NCBI GenBank assembly: GCA_964270895.1
Contig: OZ185438.1
Strand: one strand, 5' to 3'
Origin: Podarcis filfolensis
Lineage: Eukaryota
DNA length: 64,000 nucleotides
Below are positions 1 to 12,933 of the stretch, piece after piece. Position 1 is the stretch's first letter; each line of letters opens with the position of its first letter. Position numbers and translations under genes: made by a program. The notes under the pieces were generated by a model. The model was not told where the DNA came from, searched no databases, and worked only from the letters and a program-made list of their open reading frames with translations.

Positions 1-29
1 GGGGGGGAGTGGGAGAGAAGAGAGCTTAC

Positions 30-198
30 AATCTGATCAGAAATGGATGATTCACTTCTTTCAAGACCGCTTTTTCATTGTGCACATGCTGTTCTTGTTT
101 TAGTCGAATGACATCTGGAATGCTCATTACTTTCAATGCAAAGTAGCATTTGGCCGATTTCTCTTTCACCAGATGAACCCGCCCAAAAGTACCTGTCC
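30..198 (-). CDS. PRKX: PRKX coding exon 2 (169 nt; kinase Gly-rich loop, beta3 Lys, alphaC)
   Basis: The minus strand reads ttttcAG|GG ACA GGT ACT TTT GGG CGG...ATC AGA TT|GTAAGC. It translates as (G)TGTFGRVHLVKEKSAKCYFALKVMSIPDVIRLKQEQHVHNEKAVLKEVNHPFLIRL, nearly identical to human PRKX as I recall it. Splice sites are canonical and the phase matches exon 1. Confidence 0.97.
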
Positions 199-598
199 CT
201 GAAAATTAAAGAGCAAAATGTGTCAGTTGCAAAGAACATTATCTTGCAGTTAAGATGTATAAGGAATGTACAAATGCAAGAAATCAATATAAAAGCAAGT
301 GGTAGGCATTATATACTCCTTCATAGCTTTCGCCCTTCTAATCCTAAATACTTCATGACAATTTTAACAGGGAACAGGCTAAACAGTCAGCTCCACCTAC
401 TCCCTCACATCTATAGAAATCAAGGCAAAGAACTCTTTACCCCCCTCCTCCATCAACAGTGGCTACAGCCCTTCCTTCAGATACCTCTACTGCCCACTGC
501 CCTTCCCTAGGCTTTGCGTTTGTGAATGGATGTGAGCATATCAGATACCTAAGAAGCTACCGTATACCGGTAAAGTTGGACCACTGGTGCATCCACAT

Positions 599-724
599 CA
601 GGAGTAGACAAGTAGACCATCAGATGTTGTGGACTACAACTCCCATCACCCATGTTATTGGCTGTACTGACTGGGGCCGATATAGTCCAAAACATCTGGA
701 AGGGATTAAGTTGGCTATACCCCC
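599..724. mobile_element. Degenerate short hAT-type palindromic MITE
   Basis: cagatgttgtggactacaactcccatc...tagtccaaaacatctgga core, shared with the copies at 21702, 44620, 45381 and 53575. Confidence 0.6.
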
Positions 725-1359
725 AATTTACACTTATTGGCAGCAGCTCTCCAGGGTTTTTGACAGGCCTCATTCCTAGTCCTCCTTGGAGATGTTGGGG
801 CATTTTAAATGCTGGGTTTGTGAGCAACAGACCTCTATAATAGCTAGAATGTATATAACCATATTTCTCTTGCTTGCTGTTCATACTAAGAAGAGGTACC
901 TGAAGTGCTTTTTAACTTTCTCTCTGGTCAGGCTAGTTATCGGCATGCTGAGAAGCACACAGGGTGGCTTTGTCTGCACAAAAATCTGTGTTCCTCTTTC
1001 TGTACGGGAAGGAGTGTTGTAGCAGCAGGGAGGGATCGGAAATGAGAAGAGCTAAATGCAACCATTTATGTTTTCTCCCTCACTCTAGAAATTGCTGCTC
1101 AGATTAAAGTTGCACATTGCATATATTTTGTATTATCTATCTGGAATTAAGCATTTTGTGGAGTCTGATGAAAATGAAAAAAAAGCATTGCAAGACATTG
1201 TGCATTTAAATATTTATACCCTGCTTGTTAACTGAGGTCCTTGCAGCAGCTTACAAAATATCTAAAACACAATGAAACAGCTAGTAGCACAACTGTTAGT
1301 AATGCCGGGCAAATGCATGTAAAAGCTTTCCTCCCAGTCCAACTGCCACTCAGCAGCCT

Positions 1360-1550
1360 GGAAATACCTCCACTGTTGGAGGCAGCATGTCTCTGAATAT
1401 GAGCTGCTGGGAACCACCAGTGGAAAGTATGCTGCTGAGCTCAGGTGCTGCTTGTGAGCTTCACACAGGAATCTGGTTGGCTGTTGCGAGGAAACCGTGC
1501 TGGACTAGATGGACCACTGGCTAATCCAGCAGGCTTTTCCTATGCTCTTA
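1360..1550 (+). mobile_element. CR1 LINE 3' end fragment
   Basis: Ends ...gctggactagatggaccactggctaatccagcaggcttttcctatgctctta, the squamate CR1 3' terminus. Similar to the copies at 19880 and 60200. Confidence 0.7.
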
Positions 1551-1702
1551 TTGCTGCAAGATGGGCCAACAGCCAGATGTTAATTTCTCACTGAGCTGCT
1601 ATGGTCTGGCCCTAGTGGCAGCTGAACAATGCATTTGGGGAGCCAAGCTGCCATAACCCTCTTCACAGTCCTCAGACAATTATTTTCCGTGTCAAACATA
1701 TA

Positions 1703-1955
1703 CAGTGGTACTTCGCAAGACGAAATTAATTCGTTCTGCGAGTTTTTCCGTCTTGCGAATTTTTCGTCTTGCGAAGCACGGATTCCCATAGGAATGCATT
1801 GAAAATCAAAAAGGAAACAAACTTGCAAGACGTTTTCGTCTTGCGAAGCAAGCCCATAGGGAAATTCGTCTTGCGAAGCAACTCAAAAAACGAAAAACTC
1901 TTTCGTCTTGCGAGTTTTTCGTCTTACGAGGCATTCGTCTTGCGAGGTACCACTG
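1703..1955. mobile_element. pogo/Tigger-like MITE, CGTCTTGCGA subfamily
   Basis: TA|CAGTGGTACTTCGCAAGACG...CGTCTTGCGAGGTACCACTG|TA; terminal inverted repeats and a TA TSD. Confidence 0.9.
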
Positions 1956-2534
1956 TATTGCCCATAGATTGGATATCCACCCTCAGTATCGCTTGCAGAG
2001 CAATATCCCTTGGTTATTTTTCACTTTCTTCACAATTCTCTCAACAAATCCAATTAATTTAAGGAGGAGCAGATGGAACAGCTTCTGTACACCAGCATTA
2101 AAAAGACACACAGAGAGACAAAGAAAATCTGCAGTTGGATTTAGTTAGCAAGCATTCGAGTAGATGAGCAGCACACTGTTATAAACACAGAGCAGCCTAT
2201 GACTATCTTTCGCTAGCTAAGAAACTCAAGAGGCATGCTTCTGAAGTGAGATGCATTCCATTTGAAAACAGCTAGCTGTCTACAGAGCACTTAATACCAA
2301 GGATAAGGTTATCAGTTGAAGAGGTACAAAACCAAACTAGGAGCAAAGCAGGCAAGATCTAAGCATTCTAATTTAAAAGCACTTGAGAGTCCATATCACA
2401 ATGAGGTATGTTTCCTAGTTATGAGTAGAGTAAACCCTGATTCATACAAATAGCAATTTAGTGGCGGTTTTAAGTGGAACCACAGACAAGCTGCTCTGTG
2501 CAGAAACCTGATCACATTAAATGATTCAGCACCC

Positions 2535-2762
2535 GGTTCTGGCATCAGGCAGAAAACGTTCCTCCATAATCAGGCCTTTGACTCATTAAACAATCTCTGG
2601 ACTCTTAAATGTGTTTGTGGAATTGTTCTTTTGTTTTTTCTGTTTGCTTGTTTTTATTATGTTAACCTCTTTTGTATTTACATTTTTTACTTTTATGCTG
2701 TAAACTGCCCTGTGATTTTTGGATGAAGGGTGGTATAAAAATTTAATAAAATAAATAAATAC
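2535..2762 (+). mobile_element. L2-type LINE 3' end
   Basis: Degenerate ORF2 terminus (FRRQAKTFLFNQAF-like) followed by ...ggatgaagggtggtataaaaatttaataaaataaataaat. Similar short tails at ~26000 (-), 52410 and 53410. Confidence 0.6.
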
Positions 2763-5082
2763 TGCCATCTCTTTTCTTGGATTGTAGCAATGTGTCGGAA
2801 ATAAAGCCTAGTTCTGGCTTCCCAAACTTCTTAGACTCAATGACCCATTGATGAGCTTGTAAAGTTGTCATCAACCTCAACCCAAATTCTTAGGAATGTA
2901 CATGAAATAGGCAAGAAATATCTATCCATCTATCTATAATCAACGTTTATTAATCACCAATCACCAATAAAAATGTGTGTGTTTTACATACACATGCACA
3001 TATATATGGAAGTAAAACAAGTGAAAATAATGATGCCGTATTTTTCATCTTCCCTAATGAGATAGAAGATAGAGGTTCCTTTTGTACATGCGCTTGCCCT
3101 CTATTTCCAAGGCTCATAGTTCCTAATTAAAATTTTCACAGTATACTTTTTTTCTACCCCATTTTAACACTCCACCCCCATTTCATCCCCTGCCCAGTCC
3201 CACTGTCCCCAGGGAGTCAATATCAACCACTTTTGGAAACCCTAAAATAGATGGAATAGACAGATGAAAAAAGTCTTGGTTTGAAAATAAATTCATAGGA
3301 AATTATGGATGTATTCTGTACTTATAGCACCCATTACAACACAAAAGGCCAGGGGATGTCATATAATGTACTTCCTGTCTTGCCAGCTTCATATTGATAG
3401 CTGAGAATACAGCAGCAAATTATTACACCATTGTTTACCTCATTAGGAAGTTTCTTTGTTTTACACTTGTACTATATTTTTATGCATACACAGAGTGAGA
3501 TCTTTAATACTTTTTTAAAAAAAGGTATTAATGCTGAATGCAAGATTTAAGCTAGTGATTATAATCTTCTGAAGCACATCAAAATCCTGTTCTCTAAAAT
3601 AAGGTAGTTCAAATTAATGAGGACAGAAGCTGAAAGCAGAAGCTTCCCTGAGGCAAACATCAAGGTTAAAAAGGGCACATTCATCTTCCACCCCACCCAC
3701 ATATTAATTCTTAAAAATACAGCATCATCAGTTATCCATAGCTATAATGCAAGTACATAGAGGGGGAACATCTATGTGAAGCTGCACAGACAGATGGATA
3801 AGAGCTTAACTCTTGGGGCATTTTCAGCCCCAAGTGGAAAGCTCCACCCTATGAAGTCAAATCATAACTCTGATTAAGACTCTTCCAGTTAAAAGATTAA
3901 ACAGAATCTCACCACAGACTGATCCTGAGGTGAAGATTTCCTGCTATGCAACTTAGCTAGATTTGCTATATGAATCTACATGTTTAAATTTTCTAGCTTG
4001 CTTCTCTCAGTTGTATACTTTTAAAATGGTTTTCAATGAAATACAATGCATGCATGATAAAACAGTTGTCTATATACCAACTACTCCCAAGAAATAAGTT
4101 ATTATGCTTTAAAACAGAGGTGTGCAATCTAAGGTCCCAGGGAGAAAATGTTGCCCTTGGTCTAGCTTCGTGGTGGTAGCTAGGAAAAGGGGGTGTCACA
4201 GAGAAAGTGGGGTGGCAGAGAGAAGACGGGGGCACTGCATACTTTTGCCTCCATCATTGGTTTCAGCCCATTCCATCATGGACATGCAATCTGCACCCTT
4301 GACAGATCATCATGAAGGGGTGTGTGGCCTTCCTCACCCCTACATAAAAATCAGGACCACACAAATGTATCTCCCTCTATGCAGAACTGCTAAAGAGTTA
4401 TTTAACACACTTGTCAAGAAATAAACGGGAAAACTATAGCCATGCAAAGTCATGGAATACTGAAAAAGCCTCTAAATGCAAACTGATTTGACAGCAGTAG
4501 CTTATCACATCCTGCTTGAGCTACAGTGCTTTGATTTAAACATAGAACTATAAACAGCGTTCAGAAAAGGCTTCTTAACATATTCAACTATGTCATCTAA
4601 CTACCCTGGGAAATTGAACATGTGATTAAATCCCTTAATACTGTTGTCACGTTGCATGCAGATACCAGTAAACAACCTTGTTTTCACGGTGGGCTTGCAA
4701 CAAAATAATAATTTGGTCAACACTGTACCTGAGTAACACAACTGAAACAATGATCTATGCCATTGTGAGTCCCTTACAGATTTAAATAGTGGAAGAGTTA
4801 AGTGTTCAACTTTTTAAACATAGTAGTTCTGCTGCCAATTGTTAAGTAGAAACTTTTTAAAAAATAATTACATTGTAGCAAAGCAGTGTGAAGAAGTTGT
4901 TATGAGAAATGCATGGAAGTGCACAGGTTTGTTACAGAAGCATTTGCAGAAATATATGTGCAAGTCAAATGATGCCAGCAGTCCTATGTTTATAGGATTC
5001 TGTGATTTGGGAAACACTAAAACAAGACACTTTATGTGAGCCTCTTAATTTGCAAGAGTCTGAATGTGCAAACCAATAATTC

Positions 5083-5205
5083 TCATAGGTTGATTCTCAC
5101 AGGTCATCTAGTCCAAACCCTGCAATGCAGGAATCTTTTGACTAACATTGCCTTGAATCCATGACCCTGAGATTAGGAATCTCATGCTCTTATCAACTGG
5201 TAGAT
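5083..5205 (-). mobile_element. tRNA-Lys-derived SINE with CR1-like tail (degenerate copy)
   Basis: Similar to 12934-13078 (ggtcatctagtccaa...tgcaatgcaggaatctttt...accctgagatta). Confidence 0.65.
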
Positions 5206-5306
5206 GCCAGAAATGTCAGCCTTCACTTCCCTCTGGGATGGTCATAATAGGAATATGTTTGTGACAAGTCCCATGGCATGAAGTTTTGCTTTTGCAACTA
5301 GTTATA

Positions 5307-5549
5307 CAGTGGTACCTTGGGTTACATACGCTTCAGGTTACATACAGCTTCAGGTTACAGACTCCGCTAACCCAGAAATAGTATCTCGGGTTAAGAACTT
5401 TGCTTCAGAATGAGAACAGAAATCGGGCTCCGGCGGCGCGGCGGCAGCTGGATGCCCCATTAGCTAAAGTGGTGCTTCAGGTTAAGAACAGTTTCAGGTT
5501 AAGAACGGACCTCCGGAATGAATTAAGTACTTAACCTGAGGTACCACTG
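5307..5549 (+). mobile_element. pogo/Tigger-like MITE (GGTTA subfamily)
   Basis: TA|CAGTGGTACC...GGTACCACTG|TA. Confidence 0.9.
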
Positions 5550-6714
5550 TATTACCATCCTTCCAGCAGAGCATTCCTAAATGATGGATACTGAAATACT
5601 TGCTCCAAGCAAGGTTCTAATACCCTTCTATTAAATAAAAATAGCTTTGCTATTTATAAATCTACAGAAACAATTTGACAGGTTATTTCAGACACGTGGC
5701 ACACCACCTTGCTTTCTATCCTCTAGGGGTGGAAGAGAAGCCAGTAGCCATGCAAGAATGCACAACCATCCCAAGCAGTCTTCTGCCTGACGAGAGAGAC
5801 CAAACAAGGTCATGGTCTTGAAAACAAACCTATTACTGCTATACTGACTACTGAAAAAATGTCTGTGTCTGAGCCAATATTAACACAGAAAAAGCATACA
5901 ACAAGCAAACTCTTTTGTACATAGTTCAGTTTTATCTTGAAGACTTCAGCCAATTACACTCAATCCTATTTTCCTCTGAGGAAAATGCATCCAAGAAGTT
6001 ATTAAATTTGCCTACAGCAAAGTGGCTACTTTAATGACAAAGTAGGAGACAACAATGGTCCCTCACACACCTTTCAAAACTTGTGATTTTAATTGTATGC
6101 TTGTTGAAAGCCTCAAGCATTAGTGTCATTTTTATTTTTTGACTTTTACAGAGGGTGCTGCAATAAACTGCTGCTTTAAACATACTGTAAACATTTTAGC
6201 TAAGTGGAGAGCATTGATGCTCACAGGAATGTGCAAGACATTGATGCTGAAAGCATTTAGCATGCCTTCTTTTACTCACCTTGCCTTCCCCCTCCACCCA
6301 GCACTCAAATTTCTAATCTCTATGGGACTGTCTTGCATAACATAGTTATATGGTTACGAAGCCAGACTCTGATAAGGTTCACAGTGCTGTGGGATGTCAA
6401 AATGCAGTTTCTTACTTGCCATTATAACTAAGCCAAATGAGGTTTTCACGCATTACTAGTACTAAGGAACAGGTACACAGTCTGGGGTGATCCTGAACCC
6501 AACGTTATTATTACTTGAAGCCCATGTGGCCTTAGTGGTTAGGAGTGCCTTTGGCTAGCTTTGGCTGATAAGACAGCTACAGACATTGCTGGTCTGAGGC
6601 AGCTTAACCACCGTGGTCCTGGCACTGTATGCTCTGTATGCTGCTTCCCTTGGGATACCCTCTCAACACCATATAACCCCTCAGCAAAGAGAACTGGACT
6701 GACTGCCAATTCTA

Positions 6715-7312
6715 GAACTTCACCATGGTTTGCTTTAATTGATCAGACCTAGAATGTTAATTCAGGCACAGATCTGCTCTACATCTTCCGCTGTGAAGAA
6801 AGTCGCTAATAATTCATTCAGCTTCTCTGCAATCCCCTTTAGCACACCTATGACTTTCTCATCGTTCAAAGGTACAACTGTCTCCCTAGCTCTTCTCATG
6901 CTAACACAGAGTAAATAAATAATGTTTTGTTGGCGGTCTTCATGCTTCTCTTATTCTATTTGGCATTCCTTATTGTCTCCTTGCATTTCTTTTTCCAAAG
7001 TATGTGGTAACTTTCATTTTCCTCATTGGAACATGATTTGCATTGGGGCCTGGCATCACCACCCACACCAATTCTGTGGTAGAGCATGCCACTTTGGGGA
7101 TTTTTAACTTGTTGGGATTGCAACAGAGTGACATTGCATCCAGGATACCCTACCCTATCCTTTCTATAGAGTTTGTATTCAGAGAAAACTATGTTCCACT
7201 GCTTCTCTCCATTCCACAAGGTTCCTGTTATGAGCACTATTTCTGTGTTCCTCTCTAAGATGAAGAATTCCAACCTCCTATCCAGCAACCAGTTTAGAGT
7301 CAGTGTCAACAT
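6715..7312 (-). mobile_element. CR1 LINE ORF2 fragment (endonuclease + linker), internally deleted
   Basis: Translates EIVLITGTLWNGEKQWNIVFSEYKLYRKDRVG (APE domain), then KSCSNEENESYHILWKKKCKETIRNAK and GIAEKLNELLATFFTAEDVEQI (CR1 linker motifs). Confidence 0.85.
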
Positions 7313-7343
7313 TTCACTTCCTACATTGAAATTTCAATGAACA

Positions 7344-7347
<4 letters not shown>

Positions 7348-7381
<34 letters not shown>
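7348..7381. repeat. (GT)n microsatellite
   Basis: Seen directly. Confidence 0.99.
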
Positions 7382-7382
<1 letters not shown>

Positions 7383-9996
7383 TTGTTGCTAGAAAAGGAC
7401 ATAATGGGACATAATGTCGGGTCAGCTAAATCGGGGCTTGTAAGCTTGCAAATATGTGATTGATATGGTTGCCGCATTCAGGAACCTTAAAGAGAAATAT
7501 GCTCCTAAGCTTGATAAATTGGTAAGATCCCCCACTATGCAAATTGTCTACAGCACATATAAGATTGGAAAACTGAAAACTGAATTAGAAATCTGAAATC
7601 AATGAACTCATCTGAATTAGAAGAATCCTTTCTTGGAATAGTTATTTTTACACCAGAATATCTGACCTAATAATCTTAAATGGATCCTTGAGAAAGCAAA
7701 CACAAGTCTTGGAATGTACAAAGGCTTTTTATTACTGTTGAAGAGCAATAAAAAACCACTTTGTATTATACGGGAACAATGTTCTGCTTTGCCAGTGTTA
7801 TAAGGAAGCTAATCTTTTTTTAAAAAAAAAAAGAAGAAGCTTAAAATATTATAAAAGTTTATCTTCATTTTAATCAAGCACAAGCATGGGGAACAAGTTC
7901 TATCACAAGTATTTTAATTTAGTACTTAATGAGGAACTACTGGTATTTTCAGTTTGCTTTGTAAACTGCTGAATGTTGACAGCTCTCAACTATTCCAGTG
8001 ATATCTAACAACGTCATTTAATTATGTACTCGGAACGTAATTCCTTCATTGCTCAAACACTTCAGATGCGTGGATAGCCAGTACTATTTACATAATAGTG
8101 TTCAGAATTGGCTCATTGCAATGTGTCTAGCCTTCGTTCATATAACAACAAGTTCTGGATATAAACAAAACATCTGCCAAAAAAACTGACCAGATCCACA
8201 ATTTAGCAAGAAATATGCACTCAAGCCAGAACATATTAAGCAGTAGTGATCTTTCAGCCAGCCTAATTTGTCAAGAATTAAACAAATTTGAAGTAAAAGC
8301 ATTAAGTTACAAAAACAAACAAACCAGGGATATGCAACTATAATATCATTGCCACCTGTTTTAAAATCCACATGGTTCAGGGTTAAGATTGCAAAATACA
8401 TTTGAAGAACAGGGACAAATTTGTACTGCAATGAATTGGAACAGACATGAAGCACTTCTGAGAGATACACCTTGAGTTGAACAAGTGCAACTCAAAATGC
8501 TTTGCTCAACAAAATTATCACTTTGTCATCAAGATTTACATTAGCTCAGTAGTCAAGTTTGTCTACTTCAGTTCAAATGTGTTTAATGAGTAAAATCTTC
8601 TTGTGGTTGTACTACAGAGGGGGGGACCTTTTAAAAAAGCTACTACTAGCTTTAGGAACCTACATTAAAGATGAGGAGGAATTTTAAAGAGTGCTGCAAT
8701 TTTTTTCAGTGAAAAATACCAAGTGGTGGTGTTTTCCAGGCACAGTCTTGAGCTAAGTGAGCTGCCTTTGAGGGCCAAACTATTACACTACAGGGGACTG
8801 AATGTTTCAAAGGTGTACTAGTAGAGTGGGGTGGTTATGGAAGTTTTTAGCAGCACTACACACTAATGGAAACAAAACTGCTGTCCCAACATGGTAAACA
8901 GTCCAAAACTTGGAGCCAATTTTGCATACCCCTTCAATAATAATAATAAAAAATAGTCACCCAAATAAGGAGGAGGAAGAATGGAGATTTGAGGTAGCTC
9001 TACATTAAAGGGCAAGGAAATCGTCCCAACAGAAGAGACTAGTACATAGAAAAGGGACACAAATTTGAACATCAACTTCACTGAGTGCTTCTTCATTGGA
9101 ATGCCAGATGCAGTCACATGGCCATATGTGATCACATAGTTCTAAAGGTGGGAACAGACTAACAGTGCTATGGTACTATGAAGAGCCAAAGGAAACAGTG
9201 CAGAGACTAAGAAAAATAATGTACTGCAAACACTATGAAGCCATTCAGGACTATTTCAATCACTCGGCTTTCAGATATGTGAGTGCATGAAGAAGCGACT
9301 GCCACAGCAGGGGGAAGGAGTGGCCATCACACAGTCCCCTCTGATATATCAGGCAAAGTGCTGTGCAAACAAGACAGTGAGAATGTAAAAAAAGGAAGCT
9401 ATGCACAAATAGCTGAAATGAACACACCACTGAAATAAAATTCCATACATCATTCTCAACTAAATGTGGAGGGTGTAGCTCTAACCTAATCACAAACAGT
9501 AGGCCAGGAAGAGTGGCATGGATAGTCAGTTGCAATTTCCCACTACTGCTTCAAAGCTCAAGCCTAAACTAGGTATGCCTGATGGACTGTAAGCTATTTC
9601 CCCTGCAAGGGAAGGCAGGTGTGAAGTAGTTTCCCCAAATGAATCACCTAAAACTTTATAGTCATACGATCCCTTCATAACCCTGGAAACCACCCCCAGT
9701 CTCAACCAAAGTGGACTTCGCAGACACCTTCCTATTCATGCTAATGTGGGGGCAATTTTCCCATCCAGACTGGCCCTTCAGCTGAAGTTGGCAGAAGCCA
9801 GACCACAAACACCACCTGGAAGAAACAATACCAGCCTAATAGCCAAAAAGAATTTTTAAAAACCCTTCCCATCTTTTATGCAGAGTGATTAGTCACAGGC
9901 TTTGTTGCCTAAGTGGCTATATGGGGTCAGTTATATCAACTGACATCCAAGTCTTGCAAGACCATAGCTAATTGCACCCTAGAGCTTTGCTATATG

Positions 9997-10165
9997 CAGT
10001 GGCGGAGCTAGCTGCTCCGGCACCCGGAGTGGTGCACATGCTGGGCGGGGCTAGCTGCCCACGGGGGTGCACCAGTGGCGGCTAGCCTCACAGTGATGTC
10101 ACCCCTCCTCAGGGATGACACCCAGGGTGGACTGCCCCCACTGCATTCTCCTTGCTTTGCCTCTG
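9997..10165. mobile_element. GC-rich MITE, possibly PIF/Harbinger-like
   Basis: CAGTGGCGGAGC...GCTTTGCCTCTG imperfect TIRs; no clean TSD. Confidence 0.5.
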
Positions 10166-10343
10166 GCGATATGGGGTCAAAGCAAAGCCATTATTTCCCT
10201 AGGCCCCATCTTTCCCTCCATGCGGGCTCTGCTAATAGAGGAATGGGCCCCCTTTCCTCAAAAGCATCAGAGAGATTTTGTAGTTGATACAATGTCCCAA
10301 ACGATCCCTTAGAACTCTTAGCCTTAAACAGGTTTTGCAGTTA

Positions 10344-10585
10344 CAGTGGTATCTCGGGTTAAGAACTTAATTCGTTCTGGAGGTCCGTTCTTAACCTGAA
10401 ACTGTTCTTAAGCTGAAGTACCACTTTAGCTAATGGGGCCCCCCGTTGCTGCCGCACTGCCGCCGCACAATTTCTGTTCTCATCCTGAAGCAAAGTTCTT
10501 AACCTGAAGCACTATTTCTGGGTTAGTGGAGTCTGTAACCTGAAGCATCTGTAACCTGAAGCGTCTGTAACCCGAGGCACCACTG
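10344..10585 (-). mobile_element. pogo/Tigger-like MITE (GGTTA subfamily)
   Basis: TA|CAGTGGTATCTCGGG...CCCGAGGCACCACTG|TA; reverse orientation relative to the 5307 copy. Confidence 0.9.
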
Positions 10586-10659
10586 TATTAGGGATGATGA
10601 GCTGTTGACAAACAACAATTCAGAAAGGCTAAAAAAAACAGAAGCATTTAATTTTGGGG

Positions 10660-10918
10660 GGTTGTATCCAACGGTGGTGTTCTGCTATGGAGAAGTGGTT
10701 TCACTTGTGAAAGGCATGGCACCTGATTTTCCATGATCCCTTCCATCCAATGCAGACCAACCTCCCTTCCCAATATGCACTTTTCCTATGGGAGGGGGAG
10801 GGCCCTCTGGAACAGTTTGCGGTGTGGCAGAGGGCTGCAAATTGTGTGGGGAATTAGTGAAAAAGAGATGCCTCACCTTACACTAGCAGAAGCCCAATGC
10901 TTCCATGAGATACAACCA
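10660..10918. mobile_element. Old palindromic MITE (GGTTGTATC...GATACAACC)
   Basis: Inverted ends; a related partial copy lies at ~30820-31005. Confidence 0.5.
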
Positions 10919-11042
10919 ATTCTATGGTGCATTCTAGACATTTTACTCTACAGAAGAGTCTTTCTATAATCTTCATCTTGTTCAGGCCATGCAATATAAC
11001 TGTTGAGGACAATTTTCACAGCCTGGAGTTTGTATTAAAATG

Positions 11043-11080
11043 CCTGGACCTAATGGTCAGGGGTCCCTTTACCTTTTATA
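11043..11080 (+). mobile_element. Sauria SINE 3' tail only
   Basis: ctggacctaatggtcaggggtccctttaccttt matches the 3' end of the copy at 57047. Confidence 0.75.
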
Positions 11081-12933
11081 TTTAGGACAGCCATCAGAGG
11101 TGCTACAGAGTTTGCTAATCCTAATCCATAGGGAGCAGACTTGTCTCTTTACCAGCAGGTCATTAGTTGAAGCCTAGAATCAAGAAAACCAAACTTCCTC
11201 TGGGAACTTGGTGGCAAGTATGGTGAATCTGCAAGTCATGTGGCTAATAGGTTACAGAAACACACTCTTTTATTTCATGTAAATCTTCTGGATATTGTCA
11301 GCTCTGCATTCTGAGTAACTCCAGCATAACCTACAGTGCTCAACACCGGACATGTATCTTCTCCTAAACACCATCCCTTCCTCTCCATGCTTCAATCCTA
11401 CTCTTACCTTCACTATCCATTTACCTCACTTTGATATTTTTGTAACTGCAACTACAATGAACTCACAGACATCATGCATGGCTGTCATATGGCTTGCCAC
11501 ATTTTTCTTAAGTTTGACATCCTGCTTTCATGGCCATGCTTCATTTTGTTGACCAGATCTGTCAGCACCTTTCTCAGTGTTAACATCCTCAACCACAATT
11601 TGAGTATACAATGCTCCAGAGTATACATTTCCATCCCTACAAGTCACAAGTTCAAACCCAGCAAAATAGTGACCTGTTTATTGCCATCTCATTGTTCTTT
11701 AGTGTCTCATTTCACAACAGCTGAGATGTGGGAAATGGCTCTCTAGACAAATGAACTCTGATTCTTCCCTGTGACAAGTGACAAGTAGATATGAAAACAG
11801 GATATCATACATAAGCAAAGTGTGACCAGCAATATGACAAGCATGTGTGATGCTGAGTTTCATTCCAATTATAATTCCTGGAAGATTGATGTCAACACAA
11901 ACCATTATTAGATGCCAGGACACTAATGCACGAACAATTCTTTAATCCCTAAATTTCACTCACCATGTTACACACCCATTCATTCCATAAGAGTCCTATC
12001 TGAATGGCATTGCTATTCACACGTTCCTAAAATAAAATATTTGTTTTACCCTTTGATCATAGCAACAAAGGAGGGGAAATGGCCATTTAAAAACCTCAAC
12101 CTATCGTCATCTGCAAAGTCATACAATAGTGCTTTCAGACTCTTAAATAGTATCAGTGCAACATTTAACAAAAAAGATACAGCTAGACTTTGATTGGAAA
12201 CTCAGAATGTTACTAAAAACTAGGCACTTTCCAGGGTCCACAACTATAGTACAGATACCCCCACCCAATTGCTATTGATTTCATTTTCAAAATCTCCCCA
12301 CCAACACCAGGAATAAAGGGGGGTGCCCAATGAAGAATACTCCAAGTAAACCCAGTGAAAATAAATCAACGTCAGTAACTTAAGACAAGTTATTTCAACA
12401 GATCTACTCTTAGTATGAATTAGCACTGGGTATAACTCTGAATGACTGGTTCCACACTAACTTGGTTCCTCACCACCTCTTCTTCACTTCAAATGCTGCT
12501 CAATTTTGGGCAATATGCATCCAACCTGCACCCAAACTGGTGTGTGTGCGTGCGTGCTACAACAGGTTTGTAACAAGAGACAGATGTGTGGATGAAAGTG
12601 GTATCTCCGTTTTGTGGGTGTCACTTCCTCACCAACTGTTTCATACTTTGCACTTTTAAATTCCCTGTTCAGATTTGGTATGTGTGTGTGTGTTTTTTAA
12701 AACCTTCACCCTGACCATCTGTGGCTGTTTAATAACTTACAACTTTTATATAGTTACGAGAGAGGAGTTGCTAGATCATCAGTGCCTCTTTCAAACAGGC
12801 ATGTGCTGGTATCTTGTGCTAGTACACAGCATCCATATCACATATTGGAAGGGTGGGTTGCTACAAATGCACACATCCCTCACACTGCTCACCCCCTGTA
12901 AAATCCCCTTATTTGTAGAGGAAGTCAAACGGC

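Noticed and set aside
75-287. 70-aa minus-strand ORF over exon 2
   Set aside because: Wrong frame; the kinase frame is a spliced internal exon.
7545-7572. U6 snRNA-like words (cagcacatata...attggaa)
   Set aside because: Too short and gapped, with no continuation; likely chance.
11400-11900. Possible ancient RTE reverse-transcriptase remnant (GIIIG...AGHTLL; EDVNT)
   Set aside because: The similarity is too weak to support by eye; it needs a profile search.
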